32,000 nt of DNA. Source: an uncultured Erysipelotrichaceae bacterium (GTDB lineage: Bacteria > Bacillota_I > Bacilli_A > Erysipelotrichales > Erysipelotrichaceae). The stretch lies in NCBI GenBank assembly GCA_964401865.1, contig CAYNZZ010000008.1, forward strand, positions 30,001-62,000. The letters run 5' to 3'. The notes below the pieces were generated by a model that was not told the DNA's origin, did no database searches, and saw only the letters and a list, made by a program, of their open reading frames with translations. Below are positions 6,715 to 15,366 of the stretch, one piece after another. Made by a program: the position numbers and the translations under genes. Numbering within the stretch: position 1 is the first letter of the stretch; the number at the start of each line of letters is the position of its first letter.

Positions 6715-7956
6715 TTATTTATAGATATCTAAATTTTTAACTAATGAATCATTTTTCTCGTGTAGAGAATATAAAAATGATAAATATGCTCCCGGTGTTA
6801 TAATACCACTCATTTTCAATAAGTCAATATCTTTATTTCTCACTAAGAAATCAGTTAATTGAATACAGTTTTGTGTGAAGACAAAGTAAGTCTTAAATGG
6901 TCCTTTATCAAATTTATATAAATTGCAATGCGTATCCTTATAAACTCTCGATATATAATCATTTGCCTTGATCGGTAATCCCTGACTCTCCTCTATCTTG
7001 GCATCGCAGTCGAAAGGATAAGCATCTTTCATCAACAAAGCAATTCTTTCCTCAACTGTTTTAATATCCTTTTCATTCAGATCGAACTGAAAGTTAAATA
7101 TCATCGTCTTACCATCAGATAGATTGGTTTTAAAAAATGAATTTCTATCTGTTACAACCAGTACTCCTTCGCCTGCACTGCCAAATAAAAAACGTTTTTT
7201 AGGGTCGTGCAAACCATATGAATAAACGGTCTTGTTTAGCGTTACATCAATGTGCCCGATAGCTTCAAAACCACCATCATGCGTATATACCGATATCTCT
7301 AAAGGATATAAAGAATCCTTTGGCTCATGCTTGATATATTCTTCCATCTTGGGATCGTTTTTAATACGCATATATAGTTGTGTCGGAAGTAAAGCAGTAA
7401 CTACCGCCGGCAAAGAAACCGATATGCTCATTTTTTCGTTAAATAGAATTTTCAGCCAGCTTATCGCATTAAATAAAGCATAAATAAATAGATAGATACC
7501 TGAAATAATAAAGATATATTGCGAAGCTACAAAAGGCAAAATTATAAGAGAAACGGCGAATCCCAAATCCAGGATACCTCTAAAAAGTGAAAATATTACT
7601 CCCTGAACATGATTATTACGGTATATTGCAAAATTAATAAACTGAATGACGGCATTTATTAACGCATATATGGCAACTGTAAACGAGATAAAACGCGTAT
7701 AAATATTAGGAAAATGCAATATCAAAAAGATGATAACCAAATATACCAAAAAATAAATGAAGTTTTCTTTAGCTTTCTCTTTTCCGATAAAAATACTAAT
7801 GAATCTTGAAATGCTTAAAAAAGCCAAAGCAACAAGTGTAATGATTCTTAAAAGCGGAATGACCTTATCAGCTTGCCTAATGATAACGATACCGATGATA
7901 ACCAAACCAACACTAGATAATAGGCGGTTTATCGCATTAATACTTTTATTCATCAC
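6715..7956 (-). CDS. Multi-pass membrane protein with a C-terminal soluble domain of unknown function (possible permuted papain-like hydrolase)
   Basis: 413 aa. About 6 hydrophobic helices in residues 13-170, then a 220 aa domain with GH235[13 protein letters not shown] and YFVFTQNC364IQLTDFL. 4-nt ATGA overlap with the uvrB stop. Confidence 0.7.
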   Translation of the reverse strand: MMNKSINAINRLLSSVGLVIIGIVIIRQADKVIPLLRIITLVALAFLSISRFISIFIGKEKAKENFIYFLVYLVIIFLILHFPNIYTRFISFTVAIYALINAVIQFINFAIYRNNHVQGVIFSLFRGILDLGFAVSLIILPFVASQYIFIISGIYLFIYALFNAISWLKILFNEKMSISVSLPAVVTALLPTQLYMRIKNDPKMEEYIKHEPKDSLYPLEISVYTHDGGFEAIGHIDVTLNKTVYSYGLHDPKKRFLFGSAGEGVLVVTDRNSFFKTNLSDGKTMIFNFQFDLNEKDIKTVEERIALLMKDAYPFDCDAKIEESQGLPIKANDYISRVYKDTHCNLYKFDKGPFKTYFVFTQNCIQLTDFLVRNKDIDLLKMSGIITPGAYLSFLYSLHEKNDSLVKNLDIYK

Positions 7957-9917
7957 GATTCACCCCTGAGTTCAAAGATTATATCCCTCAATTCAGCAGC
8001 TCTTTCAAAGTTCATAACTTTCGCCGCCTCTTTCATTTCTTTTTCAAGCGAAGAAATTAGTTCTTCTTTTTCTTTCTTAGTTTTCTTTTTCTTCTTTAAA
8101 AATTTGCTGGCGATCGCTTTCGTCTCTTTACCATGAATAGCTTCGTTAATTGATTTTTTAATTGTTTGCGGAACAATATTATGCTCCTTATTATACGCCA
8201 TCTGAATAGTTCTTCTTCTATTAGTTTCATCAATGGCTTTCTGCATAGACTCTGTAATTGTATCGCCATACATTATCACGCGCCCTTCAGCATTTCTGGC
8301 TGCACGGCCTATCGTTTGAATAAGTGATCTTTCACTTCTTAAAAAACCTTCTTTGTCAGCATCTAATATCAAAATCAATGATACTTCCGGAATATCCAAA
8401 CCTTCTCTTAGCAAATTAATACCAACTAAAACATCATAAGTTCCCTTACGAAGTTCTAAGATGGTTTCTATTCTTTCTAATGTCTTAGTCTCATGATGCA
8501 AATACGCTACTTTTAAATCCTGTTTCTTTAAGAAATCCGTTAAATCTTCTGCCATTTTAACCGTTAGAGTGGTAATAAGCACTCTTTCGTTCCTTTTGAT
8601 ATTCTCATGTATCTCATTTAATAGATCATCAATTTGCCCTTCGGTTTTTCTGACTTCAATCAGCGGATCTAAAAGACCGGTTGGTCTGATAATCTGCTCA
8701 ACCACCTTATGATCGACAAGATCTAATTCATAATCGCCAGGTGTAGCTGAAACATATATTCTGCTAGCGTCAATCTTTTCAAACTCTTCAAAAGTCATTG
8801 GCCTATTTTCCAGAGCGCTAGGAAGTCTGAAACCATAATCAACCAGTGTTTGTTTACGTGCTCTATCGCCATTAAACATTCCTTTTATTTGTGGCAAAGA
8901 TACATGCGATTCATCAATCACAATTAAAAAATCATCTGAAAAATAATCAAATAAATTATATGGTCTTTCACCTTTTTTTCTTCTATCAATATGCATTGAA
9001 TAGTTTTCAATGCCACTGCACATACCAAATTCTCTTAAAGCTTCTAAGTCATAGCGACAGCGCTGTTCAAGACGCTCATATTCTAACGGCTTATCCTCTT
9101 TTTTAAAAAACTCCAGTCTTTCTTCCAATTCTTTTTCGATGTCATTACAAGCTAAGAGTAAACTTTCTCTTTCTCTAGCATAACCTGAAGCCGGAAAAAA
9201 GTTATAGACAAGATAACCATTTATCACATTCATGCTCACTGGATCAATCTCAGTAATTCTTTCAATTACATCATCAAATAACTCAATTCTAATTAAATAC
9301 TGATCTGTATAGCCCGGGCAAAGTTCAATGACATCACCCTTCACTCTAAAAGTTCCTCTAAGTCTATCGATATCATTACGAGTGTATTGTCTCATAATGA
9401 GTTTTTTTATGAGTTCATCTCTATCGACACTTTCGCCAACTTTAAGCGTAAAGAACATATCTTTATAGCTTTTAGGATTACTGGAAGCATAAATACACGC
9501 CACCGATGCAACTACAATAGTATCTTTTCTTTCTAATAATGAGTTATACGCCGACATTCTAAGCATATCAATCTCATCATTTGTCACCGCATTTTTTTCA
9601 ATGTAGGTATCTGTTTTAGGCATATATGCTTCCGGTTGATAATAGTCAAAGTTCGAAACAAAGTATTCAACTCGATTTTCAGGAAAGAAAGCCTTTAGTT
9701 CAGAATATAGTTGCCCAGCCAAAGTCTTGTTATGAGCAAAAACCAAAGTCGGCTTATTCACTTTCTCTATTACATTGGCAATAGTAAAAGTCTTACCAGT
9801 TCCGGTAGCTCCTAATAATACTTGATGTTTCTTTCCGGTGTTCAATCCATTAACTAATTCACCGATAGCTTTTTCTTGGTCACCGCTTGGTTTAAATTCA
9901 GAATGCAGTTTAAACAT
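7953..9917 (-). CDS. uvrB: Excinuclease ABC subunit B
   Basis: 654 aa. Walker [13 protein letters not shown] box, and the C-terminal UVR motif ([17 protein letters not shown]). Confidence 0.97.
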   Translation of the reverse strand: MFKLHSEFKPSGDQEKAIGELVNGLNTGKKHQVLLGATGTGKTFTIANVIEKVNKPTLVFAHNKTLAGQLYSELKAFFPENRVEYFVSNFDYYQPEAYMPKTDTYIEKNAVTNDEIDMLRMSAYNSLLERKDTIVVASVACIYASSNPKSYKDMFFTLKVGESVDRDELIKKLIMRQYTRNDIDRLRGTFRVKGDVIELCPGYTDQYLIRIELFDDVIERITEIDPVSMNVINGYLVYNFFPASGYARERESLLLACNDIEKELEERLEFFKKEDKPLEYERLEQRCRYDLEALREFGMCSGIENYSMHIDRRKKGERPYNLFDYFSDDFLIVIDESHVSLPQIKGMFNGDRARKQTLVDYGFRLPSALENRPMTFEEFEKIDASRIYVSATPGDYELDLVDHKVVEQIIRPTGLLDPLIEVRKTEGQIDDLLNEIHENIKRNERVLITTLTVKMAEDLTDFLKKQDLKVAYLHHETKTLERIETILELRKGTYDVLVGINLLREGLDIPEVSLILILDADKEGFLRSERSLIQTIGRAARNAEGRVIMYGDTITESMQKAIDETNRRRTIQMAYNKEHNIVPQTIKKSINEAIHGKETKAIASKFLKKKKKTKKEKEELISSLEKEMKEAAKVMNFERAAELRDIIFELRGES

Positions 9918-9920
9918 ATA

Positions 9921-11402
9921 TTATTTGCTAATTAATTCGATTGCCTTGAGCATTTGCACATCCTTATCTGGATTTAATGCCCATTCTTTAATGACATTGG
10001 AAATCAAGGTCTCATAGCTTTGACTGTCTAAAATACCTGTAACTTCAAATTGTTTATCACTTTGAAAATTCGATAAAGCATATTTCATGCTTTGATCAAA
10101 ATAGCCATCTTTTCTATTGATCTGGTAGCCCAAAAAATCCAGACATTCTTCAGCCACACGATTATATTCAGACACTGAGTCTATTTCGTAACTTTCATTT
10201 TCCTCCATCATCGTATATGTATCATAGAAAATATCGTGCAAGAAAACTTCTTCGTCAGGCTTTATACCAACACCATTTATCCAGTTACCCATCGGTGATA
10301 ACCATTTGGAAGACGTTACCTTCAATACCGATGAGTCTTTAAGTAAAATTGATGATTGAACAACCCCCTTACCAAATGAAGTAGTACCAACTAGAGTAAC
10401 ATCAGGATGCATCTCTTTTAAGGCTATAGCTAATACTTCGGCTGCTGATGCAGTATTTCCATTTATTAGCACGCATATTTCTTTGAAATTTTCATAATAC
10501 ACGCTTCCTAAAGTGTAATATTCTTCGATATAACCATCATTAAATTCCTGAGTCATAACCAAGACATCATCACCTAAAAATAGATGTGCTACCTCCTGTA
10601 CAGAAGTTTGGAAACCACCTGTATTATCTCTTAAATCAATAATTAACTTAGAATAATCTTTATAATCATCTAAATAATCAATACATTCGTTATATGTTTC
10701 ATCGCCAAAACTTTCAATCTTAAGTACGACATAATCATTTTCGGAATAAGCATAAGCCGTTGAATTTATCGAGGCTCTGATAATATCAAATTCGATGTTT
10801 TGACCATCTCTTTCGATTTCAACAACTACTTCGCTGCCTTCTTTGCCAAGTGCTAAATCAGAAATTTCAGTAGTATTAAGGCCTTCAACATCAACTCCAT
10901 CAACCTTACGAATAATATCACCTGCCAAGATACCTGCTTTTTCAGCCGGAGAGTTTTTAATAACTCGCATAATAGTAGCTACGCCATCAAATTGAGTATA
11001 TGTTATACCGATACCAACAATATTCATGTTGATGCTATTAGAAAAGCTTTCATATTCTTCGGTTGACATATACGAAGTATATGGATCAAACGAAAAACTT
11101 GTCATACCATAGAAAGCATTATCTTCCAATACTTGATCGAGGTCATCATAATCACCAGCATAAAGCCAAAAATTATTCATATAACTGCTTATCTCATCTA
11201 ATTTACTATATGAATAGTTATTAGATGAATAATTATCGTTATTTATGGAATTAACGATTAAGCCCATAAAAAAACCTAAACCAAGAAATAGTACCATTAC
11301 AACAGCAATAACAATATTGCGTATTCTTCTAGCTTTTATCTCTTCTCTTTCGCTAGATAAAGGCTGTCTTTTTAATTTATATACCACTTTGTCATCTTTC
11401 AT
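9921..11402 (-). CDS. S41-family carboxy-terminal processing protease with an N-terminal membrane anchor, a PDZ domain and a C-terminal peptidoglycan-binding domain
   Basis: 493 aa. PDZ segment SPAEKAGILAGDIIRKVDG, S41 core NGNTASAAEVLA...FGKG, and a PG_binding_1-like tail (DGYFDQSMKYALSNFQSDKQFEVTGILD). Confidence 0.88.
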   Translation of the reverse strand: MKDDKVVYKLKRQPLSSEREEIKARRIRNIVIAVVMVLFLGLGFFMGLIVNSINNDNYSSNNYSYSKLDEISSYMNNFWLYAGDYDDLDQVLEDNAFYGMTSFSFDPYTSYMSTEEYESFSNSINMNIVGIGITYTQFDGVATIMRVIKNSPAEKAGILAGDIIRKVDGVDVEGLNTTEISDLALGKEGSEVVVEIERDGQNIEFDIIRASINSTAYAYSENDYVVLKIESFGDETYNECIDYLDDYKDYSKLIIDLRDNTGGFQTSVQEVAHLFLGDDVLVMTQEFNDGYIEEYYTLGSVYYENFKEICVLINGNTASAAEVLAIALKEMHPDVTLVGTTSFGKGVVQSSILLKDSSVLKVTSSKWLSPMGNWINGVGIKPDEEVFLHDIFYDTYTMMEENESYEIDSVSEYNRVAEECLDFLGYQINRKDGYFDQSMKYALSNFQSDKQFEVTGILDSQSYETLISNVIKEWALNPDKDVQMLKAIELISK

Positions 11403-11416
11403 ATCAATACCTCAAC

Positions 11417-11444
11417 TAAAACTCAAAACCCCTAACAAGGGGTT
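11417..11444 (-). terminator. Intrinsic terminator between the M23 peptidase gene and the S41 protease gene
   Basis: Minus strand AACCCCTTGTTAGGGGTT followed by TTGAGTTTT. It ends about 10 nt before the GAGGT SD of the protease gene. Confidence 0.65.
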
Positions 11445-11451
11445 ATTAATA

Positions 11452-12804
11452 TTAAGTTCCAAAATATAATTCCGGGCGAAGTCTGCATGGCGCACCAACA
11501 CCATTTTCACATAGCCTATTAAGACCATAAGCTCCCCAACCACAGTTAAAACCCAAAGTGTAATCTCGAAGCAAATAATCATTTTGAATATCACTCATAT
11601 CGCCTTCGCCAAGATAGTAAAGTTCAATATGGCAATGTGGCCCACTAGAATTTCCGCTACTTCCTACTCTTCCGACATAATCACCTTCAGATATGACGCC
11701 TGTGCCAACCGGCGAGCCTTGTTGAAGATGGAAGAAAGAAACTCCATATACTCTATCTTCTGCTGAAACAATCATAATGACTTGATTACCACCAGCATAA
11801 ACACCACCAATATTTGCACCGCATCCGGAACCCAAGTAACCTGTACTAGGACAACCATCAGCCGACAAAATTACTACACCATTAGCAGGAGCATATAGAT
11901 TTGAACCGCTTTTAACCGCATAATCAACACCTAAATGAACTCCACCACCAAAACTAGCAGGATAATACCATGTTCCAGCACTAATCGAAGCGCCTGGAGC
12001 AGGAGAATATAAACCAGCAGATGATGGGATATTAGTAATATCACCTATTTGATTAAGAATGCTGGAATAGTCTTTAGCAATGTTGTCATATTCATTTTGT
12101 AGTTCTTCTATCTCTGCATCTAGTTTCTCAATTTCTTCTTCATAATAAGCTTGTATTTCAAGATACGATGCTTCACTTTCTTCTAATTCCTGTTTCTTGC
12201 TGTCTAGTTCACTCTTTTTTTCATCTAGTTCCTTTTTATCTTTATCAAGCTTTTCTATCGTATCAATAAGCTTGTTTCTATCTTCTTCGTCTTTTGCGAC
12301 AATCGCCTCAATACCGTAGCTTCGACGCATTAAGTCTTCAAAACTTGATGACCCCAGCAAGAAATCCAAATACTGATTAAAATGCATCGTTTCTTGAGAA
12401 TCTCTCATTCTTTGCATTACTCTTTGATTTAATTCTTCAACCAATACTTCGTTAGCTTTTATATCATCTTCTAAAACTTTAATTTTACTATCCAATTCTT
12501 CTATTTCGACATTTAAAGTAGCCATTTGTGAGTATAAGTAATCTAACATACTTTTAACATCATCAAGCTTTGCTTCATTAGCTTTCATTTCTTCTTTAAG
12601 TTTTTCTAGATTATCTTTTATCTCGTTCATCTCGTTACGTTTCTCTTCCAAAAGAAAAGCACGATATGCATCACATTCAGCACTAGACTCTCCATTACAT
12701 TTTTCATCCCATGCCTCACGGTCAGAATAATCCTCTGCATGAACATCAACACGAATAAAAGGCAAAAACATTACCATAAATAATATCAATATTTTTCTTT
12801 TCAT
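11452..12804 (-). CDS. Secreted coiled-coil M23 (LytM-type) peptidoglycan metalloendopeptidase, EnvC/PcsB-like partner of FtsEX
   Basis: I prefer the start at ATG 12804. It has GAGGA 7 nt upstream, an ATGA overlap with the ftsX stop, and the signal peptide MKRKILILFMVMFLPFIRVDVHA. A long coiled coil follows, then M23 motifs HLGVDY and GPHCHIE. Confidence 0.85.
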   Translation of the reverse strand: MKRKILILFMVMFLPFIRVDVHAEDYSDREAWDEKCNGESSAECDAYRAFLLEEKRNEMNEIKDNLEKLKEEMKANEAKLDDVKSMLDYLYSQMATLNVEIEELDSKIKVLEDDIKANEVLVEELNQRVMQRMRDSQETMHFNQYLDFLLGSSSFEDLMRRSYGIEAIVAKDEEDRNKLIDTIEKLDKDKKELDEKKSELDSKKQELEESEASYLEIQAYYEEEIEKLDAEIEELQNEYDNIAKDYSSILNQIGDITNIPSSAGLYSPAPGASISAGTWYYPASFGGGVHLGVDYAVKSGSNLYAPANGVVILSADGCPSTGYLGSGCGANIGGVYAGGNQVIMIVSAEDRVYGVSFFHLQQGSPVGTGVISEGDYVGRVGSSGNSSGPHCHIELYYLGEGDMSDIQNDYLLRDYTLGFNCGWGAYGLNRLCENGVGAPCRLRPELYFGT

Positions 12805-13700
12805 CGTCTTGTCCTCAAATACTTGCATACGCTGATATAGCTTCCTATAAAGCCAACTACCACGCCAATAATCAACAAAATTAAAGAAACATAAAAGATA
12901 AATGGATTAGGATTAATAATATTAAACGCTCCAAAAAGTGAGCCACTCAATTTATTATAAAATAAATAATATAAACCAATAGTGAGTCCAATTGGAATTA
13001 GAGAACCAAAAGAGCCAATGATAACTCCTTCAACTAAAAATGGTGCCCTAATATAACCATTTTTCGCTCCTACATTACGCATAATCCATATTTCATCTCT
13101 TCTTGAAGCAATAGTAATCTTAATTGTGTTGTAAACCAAATATGTTGCAAGCAAGCACAATGTTACAACTAAAATACTGCCAAATACTCTAACATTGGAA
13201 AAAATACTAAGTAGTGTATAAGTATTTGTTCCCCCATCATACACACCATAAACACCATTAATTGATGATATTTCCTTGGTAACATTTCCAATATCAACAT
13301 CTTCATCAACGCTGACTAAAAATACTGCATGAAAAGGATTATCGCTGCGATAGGTTTCGTAAAATTCTCTTTCATCTTCACCCTGCATCTCGGCATAATA
13401 AGTAAATTCTTCGTCTCTAGAACGATAATCAATCGAGTTAACGCCTTCTATTTTTCTAATCTCATTTTCAATAATATTTCTACTAGCTTCACTGTCACTT
13501 CCGTAATCAATCGATACCACAATATTAATTGATGACTCTATCGTGCTAGTGATGGTTTGCAAATTCCAAGTCAAAACTACAAAAACCGATATTAAAACTA
13601 ATGTAATAGTAACTGCGATAATAGATGAAAATGCCATACCAAAATGGCGACCTACACCAACAAATCCTTCTTTAACGTGCCTTGCAAAACGATGAAACAT
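12801..13700 (-). CDS. ftsX: Cell-division ABC transporter permease FtsX
   Basis: 299 aa. One TM segment, an extracellular domain, then 3 TM segments. Immediately follows ftsE with a 1-nt overlap. Confidence 0.9.
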   Translation of the reverse strand: MFHRFARHVKEGFVGVGRHFGMAFSSIIAVTITLVLISVFVVLTWNLQTITSTIESSINIVVSIDYGSDSEASRNIIENEIRKIEGVNSIDYRSRDEEFTYYAEMQGEDEREFYETYRSDNPFHAVFLVSVDEDVDIGNVTKEISSINGVYGVYDGGTNTYTLLSIFSNVRVFGSILVVTLCLLATYLVYNTIKITIASRRDEIWIMRNVGAKNGYIRAPFLVEGVIIGSFGSLIPIGLTIGLYYLFYNKLSGSLFGAFNIINPNPFIFYVSLILLIIGVVVGFIGSYISVCKYLRTRR

Positions 13701-14380
13701 TAGATGCTTCCTCCTTTTACCAAATCGGCAACTACTTGACCATTATCAATCATAATCGTTCTTTTTGGATGGTGTCTAACAATCTCTGTATCATGAGTAA
13801 CAATCAAAATAGTTGTTTTTTCTTCTTCATTTATCTTCTCTAAAAGGCGAATAATCTCTTCGCTTTTTTTGGGATCTAAATTTCCAGTCGGCTCATCGGC
13901 AATTAAAATCTTTGGCTTGTTGGCGATTGCTCTTGCAATTGCTACACGCTGTTGTTGACCGCCTGACAATTCTGATGGAAACGCATTAGACTTTTCAGAA
14001 ATATCAACGAGCTTTAAAACTTCTCTTACTCTTTTTCTGAGTTGGTCCTTAGGAGCATCAACCACTTCTAAAGCATATGCCACATTCTCGAAAGCTGTTT
14101 TACGCGGCAAAAGTCGGTAATCTTGAAATACCACTCCAATATTTCTACGATATAATGGCACTTTGGAGTGTTTTACCTTACCGACATTAATATTTTGCAC
14201 AATTACTTCCCCCGATGTTGGTATTTCTTCACCATTAAGCAGCTTAATAAGAGTTGATTTACCGCTACCGGTTGGTCCTATAATATAGACAAATTCGCTA
14301 TCTTTAATCTGTAAAGTAACATTATTTAACGCATGTGTCCCGTTTTTATATGTTTTAGAAACATTCTTAATATTAATCAT
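13700..14380 (-). CDS. ftsE: Cell-division ABC transporter ATPase FtsE
   Basis: 226 aa. Walker A GPTGSGKST, signature LSGGQQQR, Walker B ILIADEP. Confidence 0.93.
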   Translation of the reverse strand: MINIKNVSKTYKNGTHALNNVTLQIKDSEFVYIIGPTGSGKSTLIKLLNGEEIPTSGEVIVQNINVGKVKHSKVPLYRRNIGVVFQDYRLLPRKTAFENVAYALEVVDAPKDQLRKRVREVLKLVDISEKSNAFPSELSGGQQQRVAIARAIANKPKILIADEPTGNLDPKKSEEIIRLLEKINEEEKTTILIVTHDTEIVRHHPKRTIMIDNGQVVADLVKGGSI

Positions 14381-14396
14381 CTTATCACCTTAGAAT

Positions 14397-14405
14397 ATTA
14401 TATCA
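14397..14405 (-). promoter_or_regulatory. Extended -10 promoter (TGATATAAT) of the ftsE operon
   Basis: Minus strand reads tTGATATAAT-attctAAGGTGAtaag-ATG(14380). Confidence 0.5.
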
Positions 14406-14412
14406 TAATGTC

Positions 14413-14441
14413 ACTAGTAAGGTGTACTAGTACAAGTACAC
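14413..14441. promoter_or_regulatory. Two ACTAGTA repeats plus a 7-bp inverted repeat over the -35/spacer region of the ftsE promoter
   Basis: ACTAGTA at 14413-14419 and 14426-14432. GTGTACT (14422-28) and AGTACAC (14435-41) form a hairpin. No U-run follows it in the yitT sense. Confidence 0.3.
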
Positions 14442-14461
14442 TTAATTTTATCATTGCTTAT

Positions 14462-15307
14462 TTAGATTCTGGCTTCAAAAGAAAATCCTTCGCCATGAAC
14501 TTCTTGAACATCCTGTACTATTAAAAACGCATCTTTATCATGACGTTTAATTATTTTCATTAATGTTTGATATTCGGTATTATTTACCACAACCAATAAT
14601 ACAGGCCTTTCAATATTTGTATAGCCACCAGTAGCATGCAAAATCGTTGTTCCGCGATTCATTTCACTTAAAATATCTTTTGAAATCGCTTCATAGCTAT
14701 CAGATATAATTTCAATACTTTTAGCCTGTTTAGCACCAAAAGTAATAATCATCGAAATGGCTTTTCCTGTAACATATACCGATATTAAACCGATTAGGAC
14801 CTTCTCTAAGCCGTATATCCAAAGTCCAAGCAACACTGTCAAACCATCGGTAACCATAACGCATTTAGATAAATCGAAACCAAAATATTTTTGACATATT
14901 AATGGTGGAATATCCATACCGCCAGTCGAAGCACCCTGCCTTATTACCATGCCTATGCCAACACCACCTAATAAACCAGCATAAATTGATGCCAGTATAG
15001 GATCGATGCTTATTTCTGGCAGGCAATTAGACAAAAAGACAATGAATATAGGATAGATGATTGTGCTAAGCGATGTAGTAATAGCGAATTTCTTTCCCAA
15101 AAAGATTAAGCCAATCACAAATAATAAAGTATTGATAATCGTAATGATGTATTCTTCGCTTATATCAAAAAACGGACTAAACAATACTGCAATGCCTGCC
15201 ACTCCACCTGACAGTATATGATTGGGTAAAATAAAAGCCGAAACCGCAAAAGCCAAAATGAAATTTCCAATTATTATTAACCCAATTTCTTTAATTAATT
15301 TGCTCAT
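14462..15307 (-). CDS. YitT-family membrane protein (DUF161 TM repeats plus a C-terminal DUF2179 domain)
   Basis: 281 aa. LPNHILSGGVAGIAV and STGGMDIP motifs. Soluble C-terminus GTTILHATGGYTNIERPVLLVVV. Confidence 0.85.
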   Translation of the reverse strand: MSKLIKEIGLIIIGNFILAFAVSAFILPNHILSGGVAGIAVLFSPFFDISEEYIITIINTLLFVIGLIFLGKKFAITTSLSTIIYPIFIVFLSNCLPEISIDPILASIYAGLLGGVGIGMVIRQGASTGGMDIPPLICQKYFGFDLSKCVMVTDGLTVLLGLWIYGLEKVLIGLISVYVTGKAISMIITFGAKQAKSIEIISDSYEAISKDILSEMNRGTTILHATGGYTNIERPVLLVVVNNTEYQTLMKIIKRHDKDAFLIVQDVQEVHGEGFSFEARI

Positions 15308-15313
15308 AAAGTA

Positions 15314-15322
15314 ATTATACCA
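15314..15322 (-). promoter_or_regulatory. Extended -10 promoter (TGGTATAAT) in leaderless geometry for yitT
   Basis: Minus strand reads aaTGGTATAAT-tacttt-ATG(15307). No SD is present. Confidence 0.45.
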
Positions 15323-15338
15323 TTATATTTTTTAATTA

Positions 15339-15347
15339 TGATATAAT
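15339..15347 (+). promoter_or_regulatory. Extended -10 promoter (TGATATAAT) of darA
   Basis: TGATATAAT-taagtaaAGAGGTGAtatt-ATG(15367). Lies back-to-back with the yitT -10 box, 22 bp away. Confidence 0.5.
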
Positions 15348-15366
15348 TAAGTAAAGAGGTGATATT

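Noticed and set aside
9901-10140. LexA (Cheo box, GAAC-N4-GTTC) site upstream of uvrB
   Set aside because: No match in the stretch I could scan by eye. This is not an exhaustive search.
12805-12828. Upstream start (MQVFEDKT) for the M23 peptidase
   Set aside because: ATG 12804 has GAGGA 7 nt upstream, an ATGA overlap with the ftsX stop, and begins a classical signal peptide (MKRK plus a hydrophobic core).
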